Shown in pieces: positions 1-11,900 of a DNA stretch of 64,000 nucleotides (positions within the stretch are counted from its first letter, which is position 1; each line of letters begins with the position of its first letter). The stretch covers positions 327,112,001-327,176,000 of the forward strand of contig OZ024741.1 in NCBI GenBank assembly GCA_964016885.1, read 5' to 3'. Below the pieces are notes generated by a model that had not been told where the DNA came from, searched no databases, and worked only from the letters and a program-made list of their open reading frames with translations. A program made the translations under genes and the position numbers. The stretch comes from Eledone cirrhosa (taxonomy: Eukaryota).

Positions 1-210
1 GTAATTGTTCTGTTCGTAACCTTCCCCTCATTTACTTCGACGTATCTCTACTGTTCGGGTTGTTTGAATTTTGCCCCATGTTTTCCTTCGTGTTATTAAA
101 TTGGATTTATTTATCACATATTACGAAGCATTACTCTGAATTTTGGTTTTCTATACACGCACATACAAACAGTCACTTGCATTGACACACACGCACACAC
201 ACACAAAACA

Positions 211-252
<42 letters not shown>

Positions 253-320
253 ACATACATAAATGCATATATATATAAACACACACACACATATATACAT
301 GCATACATATATGTATATAA

Positions 321-389
<69 letters not shown>

Positions 390-464
390 CATACATGCAC
401 ATACACACACACACTCATATATATATATATACACACATGCATACACACACACAAACACACAAAT

Positions 465-495
<31 letters not shown>

Positions 496-759
496 AAGAG
501 ATATATATATCTTTCTTTATTTGCCTCAGGGCCGTACAAAAATGGGACATTACAAGACATGACGGCGGGGGTTTTACATAAAAATAACTTTAACATTAAT
601 AAATAACAATAAATTATATATAATAAAATAACAATTGAAATCCCCAATAGGGGGAACGTTACAGCAGGGTTGTTTTACATCCCGTGGATAGAACAACCTT
701 CAACACCAGGAACACGTTTTGTAGGTGTTCCTGTCTTCCCTCTGTTTATCTTCCTCAAC

Positions 760-3700
760 CTACAGAGAAGGCCCATTCACTGGAGCCATTTTCGCCACAT
801 TCACCCACCTTTCAGCGAATTTACTGGGGTGTAGCACCTCTCTCTCCACTCTCACCTTCCTTCTGAAGTGGTACTTAAAGAAGGGGATAAGTTGTTGTCC
901 GGAGAGAAAGGTGTTTTCCCTCAGTCCTTTTAACCTCATCCACCATATTATCTCTTTCACCATAGCCAGCACACAGAGGAAAACCGCTTCTCCTTTGTTC
1001 TTAAATGAAGGCGGCGGGATGATCCTCACGATGGACTCGGCTGACAACAGGATGCGTCTTACACGTGAAAGCAGCTGTTCGACATATTTCCACAGGTCGG
1101 TCACCCCCGGGAACTGAACAATTGCGTGCAGAAAGGTTTCGAAGTCCTGCTCGTATTTTGGACAGTTCCTTTTGGCAGGGTCTCTGCCAGGGCGTCCGTG
1201 CCTGTAGATTTTGTCTCGAACTGGTAGAGCTCCTCGGTAGCACTGCCAGGCCAGAGACCTTTGGAAGTTATCCATAGGCCCTGGACGGAAAGTCCTTCTG
1301 AACAGACTGGTCAGTTCGTCCTCCTCGCACTTATCCTCAACTAATCCCCTATAGAATGTCGAAGTGGAGTCTCCGTTGCTTGCCGATTCCGCTTGGTAGA
1401 GGGCTGTGAGCGCCTGTAGGCACTCGAGGTGCCAGGCACCCATTTTCGGTCTTCGCTTGACCCAGAACTGCAGCTCTGTTAGTGAGACGAGTTGTGGACG
1501 AGCTTGTCTCACAAACGACAGCCACACCGGGTCACCGGTCAGGAATACCTGGAGATGGCGTAGCATCAGCGCGTGTTTGCGCATCATCAGCCACGGATTC
1601 CCAGCCCTCCGTTAAAAGGGTGTTGACAGCAGATGGACCTCCTCACCAATAGAGCCTGTTTCTTCCAGAGGAACTTGAAGAGTAGGCGTTTCATTTTGGT
1701 AAGGTATTCGCGGGAGCAAGGCACGACTGTCAAGCGGTAGTAGATGACGGACGCTATGTAAGTGTTCGCCACCTCCGCTCGACCTTTCAAGGAGTGTTTG
1801 CACTCAGCCAACTTCAGGGTGAGTGACCTCGTTCCAGTTCTTGTCAACCTTACAAACCAGACCCCGAGCAATTACACCGGTCCTTCCGTCCAGCGTCCAA
1901 CGACACAGGTCGGAGGCATGGGTTTGCCTCTCCATGTGCCGAGTTGCAAACCGACAGACTTGTTTGGGTTTAGTCTTGCTCCTGTCAACGTTTCGTATTC
2001 CTGTAATAGGTTGCCGATTACCCCGATTTCCGAGGCTTTCGACACCATCACGGTTATGTCGTCGGCATAGGCTGACGCTGCTTTCCGCAGTCCTGGTTCG
2101 ATCGGGATGCTCTGCAACAGCTCCAACTTCCGCAGTAACGGCTCGAGAATCAGTACATACAGAATGGAGGAGAGATGGCATCCCTGACGGATGGAACGCA
2201 TGACTTGGAATGGCTCTGATAGGTAGCCATTCACCTTGACTGCCGAGAAGATGCTGCTGTGCATGGCAGCGATCCAGCCTCTGAAGACGGGACCGAAGCC
2301 GGCCGCCTTGAGAATTTCTTGCAAGTATTGATGGTCAACGCTATCAAATGCCTTAGACTGATCTATATTGATCAGAGCCCCACTGAAGCCAGGTTTACAC
2401 CCTACCCTCTCTATGATGTATCGCATGAGGTGGAGGTTGTCGTGTATGGACCTGGTGGGGATTGCACACGTTTGGGCTTCCCCTACCAGGTTCTCGACGA
2501 AAAGCGCCAGCCTTGCTACTAACACCTTGGCCAAAATCTTTAACTCTGTGTTGAGCAGAGTTATGGGCCTGAAATTGTTAAATCTCATCCCCCTTGTTCT
2601 CAACTTTCTTGAACAGAGTTACTACGCCTCTGTTACAGAACTGGGAATCCTCCCGTTCTGCTGCGAGTTGCAGTAGATTGCTTCGAGGACGCCAGAGAAC
2701 AAGTCTGGCATGCCTATATAAAACTCATAGGGTAGACCATCTAAACGGTGATTTTCGTTTCCTGCAGTGGCCTAGGTCATCTTATATTTCGCCCGCTGTG
2801 ATCTGCCTTTCGCAGCTCTCCGCATCCGTTCTCGAGAGTCGCGGTACGCCGTCGAGGTAGGAGCTGAAGTCCATCACCTCGCTCGATGTACCGCTTTGCC
2901 CGAACAGTTGTGCAAAATGCTGCTTGAAGGCCGTGCACATCTGCTTGGATTCAAGTATAATGTGTCCATCTTTGTCTTGCAAAGACCGAATTGTGGATTT
3001 GTTGCCACTTTTCGCCTCTGCCATTCGGGCCCATCTAACAGCTTTGGTTCCCTCGTTTCTTTGAGTACGTTTTCTACTTCTGACAATACAACCTTCGTGT
3101 TTCACGTTGAAGAACTGGTCTAGTGTCGTTCTCGCCGCTAGCACGTCAGCTGTACTGCCATTCCTAAGTGCCTCTTCTATTTTAGCTACCAGTTCCTTTT
3201 CAGTTTTGTTTTTTTCTAAAGCTACTTCCTTGCTAAATGCTATCGATTCTATTCTAATTGCTCTCTTGAGAGAGCAACACCACCTGTTGTTGACGATCGC
3301 CCCCGTCAACTGGCACGTAACTAAGGTGCTAATCCGTTTACTGTAGGCCTTACGCGCCGGGCGCGACATGTTTAGCTTCCAGTATTCGGGTCCCTGTCTA
3401 TGTATTCTATCAATGTTGACTACGCAGTTGACTAATTTGTGGTCTGAATAGGGAACCATGTGCATTTGTGGACAGCTTAATGTTTCCTTATCATTCTGTC
3501 TAATTAAAAGTCTATCTAATTACGATCTAGAAGACCCAGTGCGGTTGCTCCACGTCCACAGTGGTGCATTGGAAGTCTAGTCGATATCTATCAGCCAGTT
3601 GGAATTGGCTGATGAGATTTCTGAGGCTATTACCCCCCCCCCCCCCCCCTATTATCACAAGCTCCTACATAGTCCCAACGTGCGTCTAAGCTGCCATTCC

Positions 3701-4123
3701 AGCCCCCGCTAACACTAAGGAGCTAGACGTTCCCAGGACTGGCTCCACACGCTTGGTAGAACTCTGGTCGGGGTATATACGGCCACCAGTCTGAAAGCTC
3801 CACCTTCACTACCATTCACGTCCAAGACCACCAGGCTGCTCTCCGCGTCCAAGTAAATCGCCTGTATTTTGAGATCCAAGTTTTTTCGAAACAGAACATC
3901 ACCCCACCCCCCACCCATCCACCTCCACCTCCTGGCTGAAAGATAGATGCGTAGATCTCAAAATCATAGAACATGGTGTTAGCTGCTCCTTGTCGTGAAT
4001 CCTGGACTCGGTGATGGCTGTCACATCTATACAATGTGACCTGAGATCATTTAAAAGCTGGCCCTGTTTCCAGGACATGCCCAGGCCACGTACATTCAAA
4101 CATCCAGCTTGTATAGTCGCCAT
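760..4123 (-). pseudogene. Disrupted ORF2 (APE endonuclease - RT - Cys-rich C-terminus)
   Basis: ORF fragments 3899-4123, 3816-4034, 3715-3918, 2782-3465, 1872-2603, 1587-1871 and 760-1587 are collinear with the 1145 aa ORF2, broken by stops and frameshifts (e.g. expanded C-run near 3633-3649). Confidence 0.92.
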
Positions 4124-4163
4124 GCTGGTGAAGAAGAATTAAGGAGAGAAAAGGCAGGAACAC

Positions 4164-4859
4164 TTACCTTTTCATTTCCTGGAGGTCGGGTTGTGCGATC
4201 TCCATGTGGTGTTTGGGGAGGGAGGGAATACTTTTAGCAGGACACGGTTAAGGGGTTTTAGCAAGGGGTCCCACATCATGTGGGAAGTTCTCTTTTAAAG
4301 TTGTATACTGTAGGGTTGTTACCCTGATAAGGTTGAGGTTTGGTGGAGGGTCGTCGGTTGGGAAGCTTTTCCCTTCAGTTTGTATTGTGAGTTCCTTTCG
4401 GACAGTTTCCACGAGTTCTTTGTTTCTTGTTTTTATGTATGTGCAATGTGTTTTGTTTTTTATATGTACTGTTTCTGTTTGGAGTTTTCTTTTTGTGGTT
4501 GGGGTTTGTGATTGTGGTGGTGTGGGTGTTTGTTTTGTTTTTGAAGTGTTTGGTTGTGTTGGTGGTGATTGTGTTGTTGGTGTGTTTGTCGTTTGTGGCG
4601 GTGTGTTTATGGTGGAGTTGGGTGTGTGCGTGTTTTCTGGTCTGTGTGGTGTGGGAGTGGATGTTGCAGGTTTTTGTGTTGTGTTTGGTTTGGGGTGTTG
4701 ATGTTGGGGTTTTGGTGTTGGTAATAACACCGTGTTTGTCCTCGGTTTGTTTAAGAGAGGGCAAAAGGCCTTTAAGTGTATGGTTTTCCCACACTTATGG
4801 CACTGAGGTCTTTTCCCCTCCACTAAGATGGAGATGACATCTTCCTCAAGGACTATCAT
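4164..4859 (-). pseudogene. 3' part of LINE ORF1 (zinc knuckle, Pro/Thr linker, C-terminal domain)
   Basis: ORF 4248-4859 matches ORF1 of the tandem copies (VEGKRPQCHKCG..HLKAFCP, HCTYI, QTEG, DVGP). Confidence 0.88.
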
Positions 4860-4876
4860 TAAATCGAGGCCAATGC

Positions 4877-5112
4877 TTTACTGGTACTTTAGTTTATAGA
4901 CTGCGTATGAGTGAAAATCAAAGCTAACCTTGCCGGGATTTCAACTCAGAACATAAAGCGCCGTAACTCTATGCCCTGAAGCATATTGTCCAACGCTCTA
5001 ACGGTATTACTATTCAATCACCCTCTTATAATGTTAATAACAATTGTTTCTACTTTTAGCACAATGCCAGAAATTACTCAGTACATTACTGGTACTTTAT
5101 TTTTATGGACCC
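4877..5112 (-). mobile_element. Two tRNA-derived SINE fragments
   Basis: Reverse complement matches the SINE at 38206-38426 (B-box-like GAGTTGAAATCCC, AAGTACCAG core, TAGAAACAATT tail). Confidence 0.7.
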
Positions 5113-5172
<60 letters not shown>

Positions 5173-5501
5173 GATGGTGGTGGTAGGAGTATTATGAGGA
5201 GTATGAGGAGCGTATGAGGAGGAGTGGCGAACGGAAAGTATAAATACTGTTGAAGATCGAAAATCAACGGAAGTAATATACTCCCCACGGATTTAGCTAA
5301 GTAGCTTTCTAGAGAAGAGGATTCTGCGCCAAACGAAATGGATTGGAATGGAATAAAAAAGGCGTAAAAACGATATATTTAATGTACGTTGCTAGTTCCA
5401 GCGAAGCAGGCTTCTAACGCATCCCTGCAATATAAACTTTCTATCGGGAATATCCGCCAGGCAATTGTCCACAGTATATCCGCCGTCATTTTATCCAGGT
5501 G

Positions 5502-5533
<32 letters not shown>

Positions 5534-6443
5534 TATATATATAGAGAGAGGGGGTGTGAGAGAGTGAATGTGACAGAGTGAGAGTGTGATATATATACGG
5601 GAAGCTCATAAATATATCGGGAAACAATCATGAACGTATTTCGTTACAACTATCATTATTTCGTTGGGTTTTATTACCACTTTTTATTTGAGTTTTATGT
5701 TCTGACTGAATAACACGTACGTGCACCATTAATATCATTACATGCAATAAGCTTTCCAGATTCTTTTTAATCTGGCTTGCTTCGTATATTGAATACTACT
5801 TGAGCCAATTTAATTGTTACCATTGCTATCGGTTTAATTGAAAACGTTAAAGGTAGAGAAAAAGAAGCAAAACAAACCGAATCGGTTTACCTCAATGGAT
5901 GTTTTTCATTGAAACACATTTAGTAGAAAGCCACCATTCATTTCAACAGGATGTTAAAATTCCAATGAGTGAATTACGATCATGTGTTGTTATGTGCGAA
6001 TTGCGATGAAATTTCCTCCCATGGATTCTAGATTGTAACCAAACGAAACCAAAAACAATTAAGCCTTTGTAATGCCTTCAATGTTTAGTATAGTACATAG
6101 ATTTCCAATCAGTTGTTCCATCCTGCAATCATCCATTTACGCACATACATATACGTATGAGTACACACGAGTACGCATGCTCACCAACGACGGTACAATG
6201 ACAAAAATATACATGTATGCATGCATACGCATATATTCATATATGTTTCTATGACACTACCCTCTTTTCTCTCTCACCCACTCTCTCTCTGTATATGTGT
6301 ATATATATATATACACATACATATATATATACATATATATATATATATAATATATATATACCATATATATACATATATAATATATATATATATCTATATA
6401 TATATAATATATATATTTATATACATTTAAATATATATAATAT

Positions 6444-6472
6444 ATAATACGCATTTATATATACGCAGACAC

Positions 6473-6539
<67 letters not shown>

Positions 6540-6596
6540 ATATATATTCATATATATATATATATTCATATATATATATATATTCATATATATATA

Positions 6597-6691
<95 letters not shown>

Positions 6692-6720
6692 GTGTCTGCG
6701 TATATATAAATGCGTATTAT
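6444..6720. repeat. Perfect 31-bp inverted repeat enclosing a (TA)n tract
   Basis: ATAATACGCATTTATATATACGCAGACACGT (6444-6474) is the exact reverse complement of 6690-6720. Confidence 0.9.
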
Positions 6721-7070
6721 TTAAGTGGTTCTGCATAAAGTATATTTCATAATGATATATATATGTTTGAATAGTAGCGAAACATATACATATATATGTA
6801 TGCATGTATTTATCTATCTATCTATCTATATATAATCTAATCTAGCTGTCGTCTGTTCTACAGTGTGGATGTCATTCACTTCGCACAGAAGTTTTGTTCA
6901 AATTTATTGAGGAAATTTTGTGAGTTCAAACTTAATTTTGATACAATTGTGTAGCTTGACCCTCCGTCTGAACTGTCAGGCGGTGGGTCAGCTCATCTTT
7001 ACCCCTCCTAGAGGTGAAAAACCTGTTTTAAAAAAAATTTTGTGTAAAAAATTTCAATCGTCTAACAGAA

Positions 7071-8948
7071 ATGTTAAACGCAGCGAACGAAAATAGTGGT
7101 GGGGGGACAGCGGTAAGAGTTGTAAGCTCGCACGCTTTAGTCCTCCCTTCCTTCCCAACTAACGTCATAGAGAAGGAAGGAAAAATGAAAATAAAAACGG
7201 ACGAATCTGCGGAGGAAAAATTAAATGACGAAAACAACGAAAAAAAAAAATTTGAAAAATTGCATGACAATACTAATAACACAAACAAAGACACAACAAA
7301 CAAAAAAATAACAGTTGAAAATAACATCATATCAGAAAACAAAGCAGACGACCAGATTTCATTTGCACAGAAAACAAAGAAATCTTTGACTTATATAGCG
7401 GAAAACATTTCAGATGTGGTACGAAGGATCACGGACGCAAAACAATACATAAGTGAAGGTGAGAATGGTATTTTATTGGTAAAAATGCCTCAAGAATTCA
7501 CGAAAGACATTGAAAGCCGAACGGTCAAGTTTCGGACCATCAACAACAGTACAAAAAAACCTGAACAGCCTTCTCAAGCAGATATCAAAACAGTACTCGC
7601 AGAAGTACTGAATGAAACAACTTCCATAAGAAAAGACAGACTGTATGGAAGTCTAGCAATTATCATGAAGAACGAATCGGCGGCAAAAAAATGTGCTTTG
7701 TCACCGATTCGTTCGAAAAATTTCACCTTTTATCCATCTTATATGGGAAAAAAAACTCAACGCATATGGCTGGATGCAATGATGCCAGATGTGGACTACT
7801 GCTGGCTCCTAGCTGGCTTCATCGATCCAGTGAATGACAACGTGATTTCCATTGGGAAAACCACAGGCAATGCGTTCAGTGGAACAGGTATAGAGCTGGT
7901 AGTACAAATGAAGCCTGAACGCATCGCCCAAATACCCGACAGAATCCTATTAGAGGACCACGGGTATATAAACATTAGCGTGGAGGGGAGAAGGCTGTCC
8001 TGCCATATCTGTGCAGGCAGAGGGCACCTGAAGGCCGCTTGTCCCCAACTCAACAAAAAGAAAACCCTGCTACCAACACCAGCTCCACCACCACCACCAC
8101 AACAGATAAACAAACAACAAAACTCAGTCCCACCCAACCCGTCCCTCAGTAACACCACAACACCACCACAACACAAACAGTCACAACACATTACCCCAAA
8201 ACAAAATACAGGCCCACCCAACCTCTCACTCAATAAAACAACACAACCACCGCAGACACAACACACAACACAGTCTAACATAGTGACATCCATCTCCCCC
8301 ACAAAGAAAACCAACACGGAAACATTACCAGCAAACATACCTCTTCCCTCCAACACTGAAGATAACCCAACGAATTCGGAGGAAGAAACGGAGTCCTTCA
8401 GACAGATTAAAAGGAAAAAAAGAAAACATGTGCAAAACACACAAGGACAAACAACCCCCACCCAAATCGCAACACAATCTAACAAAACAGAAAACACCCC
8501 TCCAGCAACAAACAAAACCAAACCTGCCCCTCCCCTCTTCGAAACACTCACACCATCGGAAAAAAAGACATTACACTATACTTACATCAACAGAAACAAT
8601 AATAAATTAAATGAACTCATATACAATAATCCTTCGGTACAAACCGAAGGTGTAAACTTTGTTTCATCAGAAAACCACCCACATTTAAAACTAATAAAAA
8701 TCCCAATGAACCTCTACCAAAAACTAAAAAAGGATTTTAAGGAGGACGTAGGACCACCCTCTGTCAAACCCATAAACCGCGTCCTACTAAAAAGCTTTCC
8801 CCCTCCCCTTCCCCTCCCCAACACAACTCCAAACACCCCAACCCCACCACACACCGACGACCCCACACCACCACAAGACACCCCTTCACCCAACACCCCC
8901 GACCCCATGGAAGTCGTGCAACCCGAACCTCGGGAAGCGGAAAGGTAG
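7071..8948 (+). CDS. LINE ORF1 nucleic-acid-binding protein with a CCHC zinc knuckle
   Basis: 625 aa ORF upstream of ORF2; CHICAGRGHLKAAC fits C-x2-C-x4-H-x4-C. Start could be the downstream MKIK. Confidence 0.9.
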   Translation: MLNAANENSGGGTAVRVVSSHALVLPSFPTNVIEKEGKMKIKTDESAEEKLNDENNEKKKFEKLHDNTNNTNKDTTNKKITVENNIISENKADDQISFAQKTKKSLTYIAENISDVVRRITDAKQYISEGENGILLVKMPQEFTKDIESRTVKFRTINNSTKKPEQPSQADIKTVLAEVLNETTSIRKDRLYGSLAIIMKNESAAKKCALSPIRSKNFTFYPSYMGKKTQRIWLDAMMPDVDYCWLLAGFIDPVNDNVISIGKTTGNAFSGTGIELVVQMKPERIAQIPDRILLEDHGYINISVEGRRLSCHICAGRGHLKAACPQLNKKKTLLPTPAPPPPPQQINKQQNSVPPNPSLSNTTTPPQHKQSQHITPKQNTGPPNLSLNKTTQPPQTQHTTQSNIVTSISPTKKTNTETLPANIPLPSNTEDNPTNSEEETESFRQIKRKKRKHVQNTQGQTTPTQIATQSNKTENTPPATNKTKPAPPLFETLTPSEKKTLHYTYINRNNNKLNELIYNNPSVQTEGVNFVSSENHPHLKLIKIPMNLYQKLKKDFKEDVGPPSVKPINRVLLKSFPPPLPLPNTTPNTPTPPHTDDPTPPQDTPSPNTPDPMEVVQPEPREAER

Positions 8949-8981
8949 GTCTCTACACTCTCCTTTGGCTCTGCCGCCCAC

Positions 8982-11900
8982 ATGGATGTGTTAAGAGTAG
9001 GATGTTTGAATGCACGTGGCCTGGGCTCAACTTGGAAGCAAGCAAAGCTTCTAAATGACCTCAGGTCATGTAGTATAAATGTAATGGTTATCTGTGAGAC
9101 TCGAATCAGCGTCATGCGGCAGCTGGCCCCCACCTTCGATGACTTTGAGGTGCATGCATCTCTCTGTCAACCTGGAGGTGGGGGTGGGGTTGTCGTGCTG
9201 CTGCAAAAACACCTGGGTCTTGCCGTACAGGTTGTGCACTCGGACCCGGAGGGTCGTTTGTTGGTGCTAGACGTTGGCAGTAGTGAAAGTGCGGCCTTGA
9301 GACTGGTCGCCGTCTACTCCCCTTTCGGAGCTGAACGGCCCGACTTCTTCCAGCGTTTGGAGACTTTTCTGGGAACGTCGCGTTCCCTGCTTCTAGCGGG
9401 GGATTGGAATGACATCCTGGATGCACGTTGGGACTATGCAGGAGCATGTCCTAATAGAGGGGGGTGTAACAGCCTCAAGGGGTTACTCGACCGTTTTAAC
9501 TTGGTCGATAGATATCGACTAGATTTTCCAACTGTACCTACCTGGACTTGGAGAAACCACAGTGGTCAATCTAGATCGTACTTAGATAGATTCTTAGTTA
9601 GAAGTAAGGATAGGGACATATTAAGCTGTCCAGAAATGCGCACGGTTGGCTACACGGATCACAAATTAGTGACCTGCGTGGTCAATCTCGAGAAAACACA
9701 TAGACAGGGTCCCGGTTACTGGAAACTTAATTTGTCTTTACCGGCAAAAGAGACTTACAGAAACCGGATTAGCAGATTAGTTAAGGAGAGGTTGACGGGT
9801 GCAATCGTCAACAACCGATGGTGGGCATCTCTCAAAAGAGAGATTAGAACAGAATCAATAAGTTATAGCAAGATGTTAGCTGCCAATAGGAATAGAAACG
9901 AGAAAGAATTAACAGGTAAATTAGAAGAGGCAATCAAGAGCGAAGATGTGGCCAGAGTGCTGGCATCGAGGACGGCCTTGAACCAGTTTTTCGATGCAAA
10001 GCATGAAGGCTGCGTCATTCGAAGTAAAATACGTGCTCTAGGTAATGAGGGGGCCAAAGCCGTTGGATGGGCCCGCGTGACAGAAGCTAAAAGTGGAAAT
10101 CGATCCACCATCCGGTCGTTGCAAGACGAAGATGGACGAGTGATCCGGGAGCCTAAGCAGATGTGCGAGGCCTTTCAAAAGCACTTTGCCCGATTGTTCG
10201 GGGGAGGCGAGGGTCCGGGCCGGGGCGTGGATTTCGGTCCATACCTCGACGGCCTGCCGCGTCTCTCGAACAAAGAGGCAGAGTCCTGCGAGGGACCAAT
10301 CTCGGCTGATGAGATCGGAGATGCGCTGAGCCAATGCAGCAGACGCAAATCTCCAGGTCTCGATGGTATACCTTACGAACTTTATTTAGCAATGCCGGTC
10401 TTCTTCTCCGAACTCCTCGAAGCGGTCTACTGCAATTGGCAGCAGAACGGGAGAATTCCTTGTTCTGTAGCCAAGGGCGTAGTCACGCTGGTGAGGAAGG
10501 ACGAGAACAAGGGGGATAGTATAAATAATTTTCGGCCCATAACCCTGCTAAACACAGAGTTAAAGATTTTGGCCAAGGTGTTAGCAAAGAGGTTGGCGCT
10601 TGTCGTGGGTGGCCTGGTGGGAGATGCGCAGACATGTGCTATCCCATCCAGGTCCATTCACGATAACCTCCACCTCATGCGATACATCATAGAGAGGGTT
10701 GGCAACAAACCCGGCTTCGGTGGGGCCCTGATCAACTTGGATCAGTCTAAGGCCTTCGATAGGGTCGACCATGGTTACCTGGATGCGGTGCTAGCGGCGG
10801 CTGGGTTCGGTCCTGTTTTCAGAGGCTGGATCACTGCCCTACATAGCAACCACATCTGTTCTAGGATCAAGGTGAACGGCTACCTTTCGAAGCCGTTCGA
10901 AATCACACGATCCATTCGACAGGGGTGCCCTCTCTCCTCCCTTCTGTACGTATTGACTCTCGAGCCTTTACTGAGGAAGTTGGAGTTGTTGCAGGGTATC
11001 CCCCTGGAACCAGGATTGAGCAAAGCAGTGTCGGCCTACGCCGATGACGTAACAGTAATGGTATCAACCAACTCGGAGATCGAGGCGATCGGTACCTTAC
11101 TGGAGGAGTACGAAAGGTTGTCAGGAGCGAAACTGAACCGGGAAAAATCCATCGGGCTGCAACTCGGAACGTGGAGAGGCAAACCGATGCCTCCTGACGG
11201 TGTCGTCGGACACTGGACGGAGGGCCCGGTAAAGTTGCTTGGGGTCTGGTTTGGACCGGACCTCCAGGTGGAAAAGAACTGGAACGAGGTTACGAACAAG
11301 GTGTTTGCACTAACCCAGAAATGGGCCAAGTGTAAGCTGTCCCTAAAAGGCCGGGCGGAGGTTGCGAACATTTACATAGCGTCCGTCACTTACTACCGCC
11401 TGACTGTCGTGCCTTGCCCTAAGGAAACACTCACCACCATGGAACGCATGCTCTTCCAATTTCTTTGGAAGAAGCGTCCTCCTATGGTGAGAAGATCCAT
11501 CTGCTGCCAACAACCTTCGAAAGGAGGGCTGGGGATGCCGTGGTTGATGATGCGTAGGCACGCATTGAGGCTACGGCACCTACAGGTATTCCTCACTGGT
11601 CAACCGGTGTGGGCTCCGTTCGTGAAACGAGCCTTTCCGAGACTCGTCTCACTCACCGAGCTACAGTCCTGGGTCAAGCAAAGATCCGGAAAACTGGGAG
11701 ACTGGCACACTGAGTGTGCTCAGGCGCTCAGGGCTCTCTGGCAAGCGGGCCGGGCCATCGGTGGAGAATCCACCTCATCATTCTATAGAGGGCTGGTGGC
11801 TAGCAGGGGCGATGACACACTTGGAGAGTCGCTGGACATGGAAGAAGACGAACTGGCCAGCCTGTTCGGTAGGACTTTCGGCCCAGGACCAATGGACAAC

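Larger units (their letters stand above)
512..4860 (-). mobile_element. Decayed, 5'-truncated Tx1/L1-clade non-LTR retrotransposon, a diverged relative of the tandem copies
   Basis: Frameshifted ORF pieces align with the intact ORF2 (CLNVRGL, YSDHKLV, RPITLLNTELKILAK, SIRQGC, YADD, WQCYRGALPVR). ORF1 remnant has the zinc knuckle CHKCGKTIHLKAFC. 3' end AATAAAGAAA at 521-512 abuts a TA repeat. Confidence 0.93.

Noticed and set aside
114-647. ORFs rich in YI/VC/TH repeats here and throughout the window
   Set aside because: Translations of TA/CA microsatellites, not genes.
6922-6931. B-box-like GAGTTCAAAC in the LINE 5' UTR
   Set aside because: No convincing A box or cloverleaf, and T runs nearby would stop Pol III.
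7796-8551. 251 aa antisense ORF inside ORF1 (all three copies) and other antisense ORFs in the LINEs
   Set aside because: Expected shadow of an A/C-rich sense strand; no recognisable motifs.
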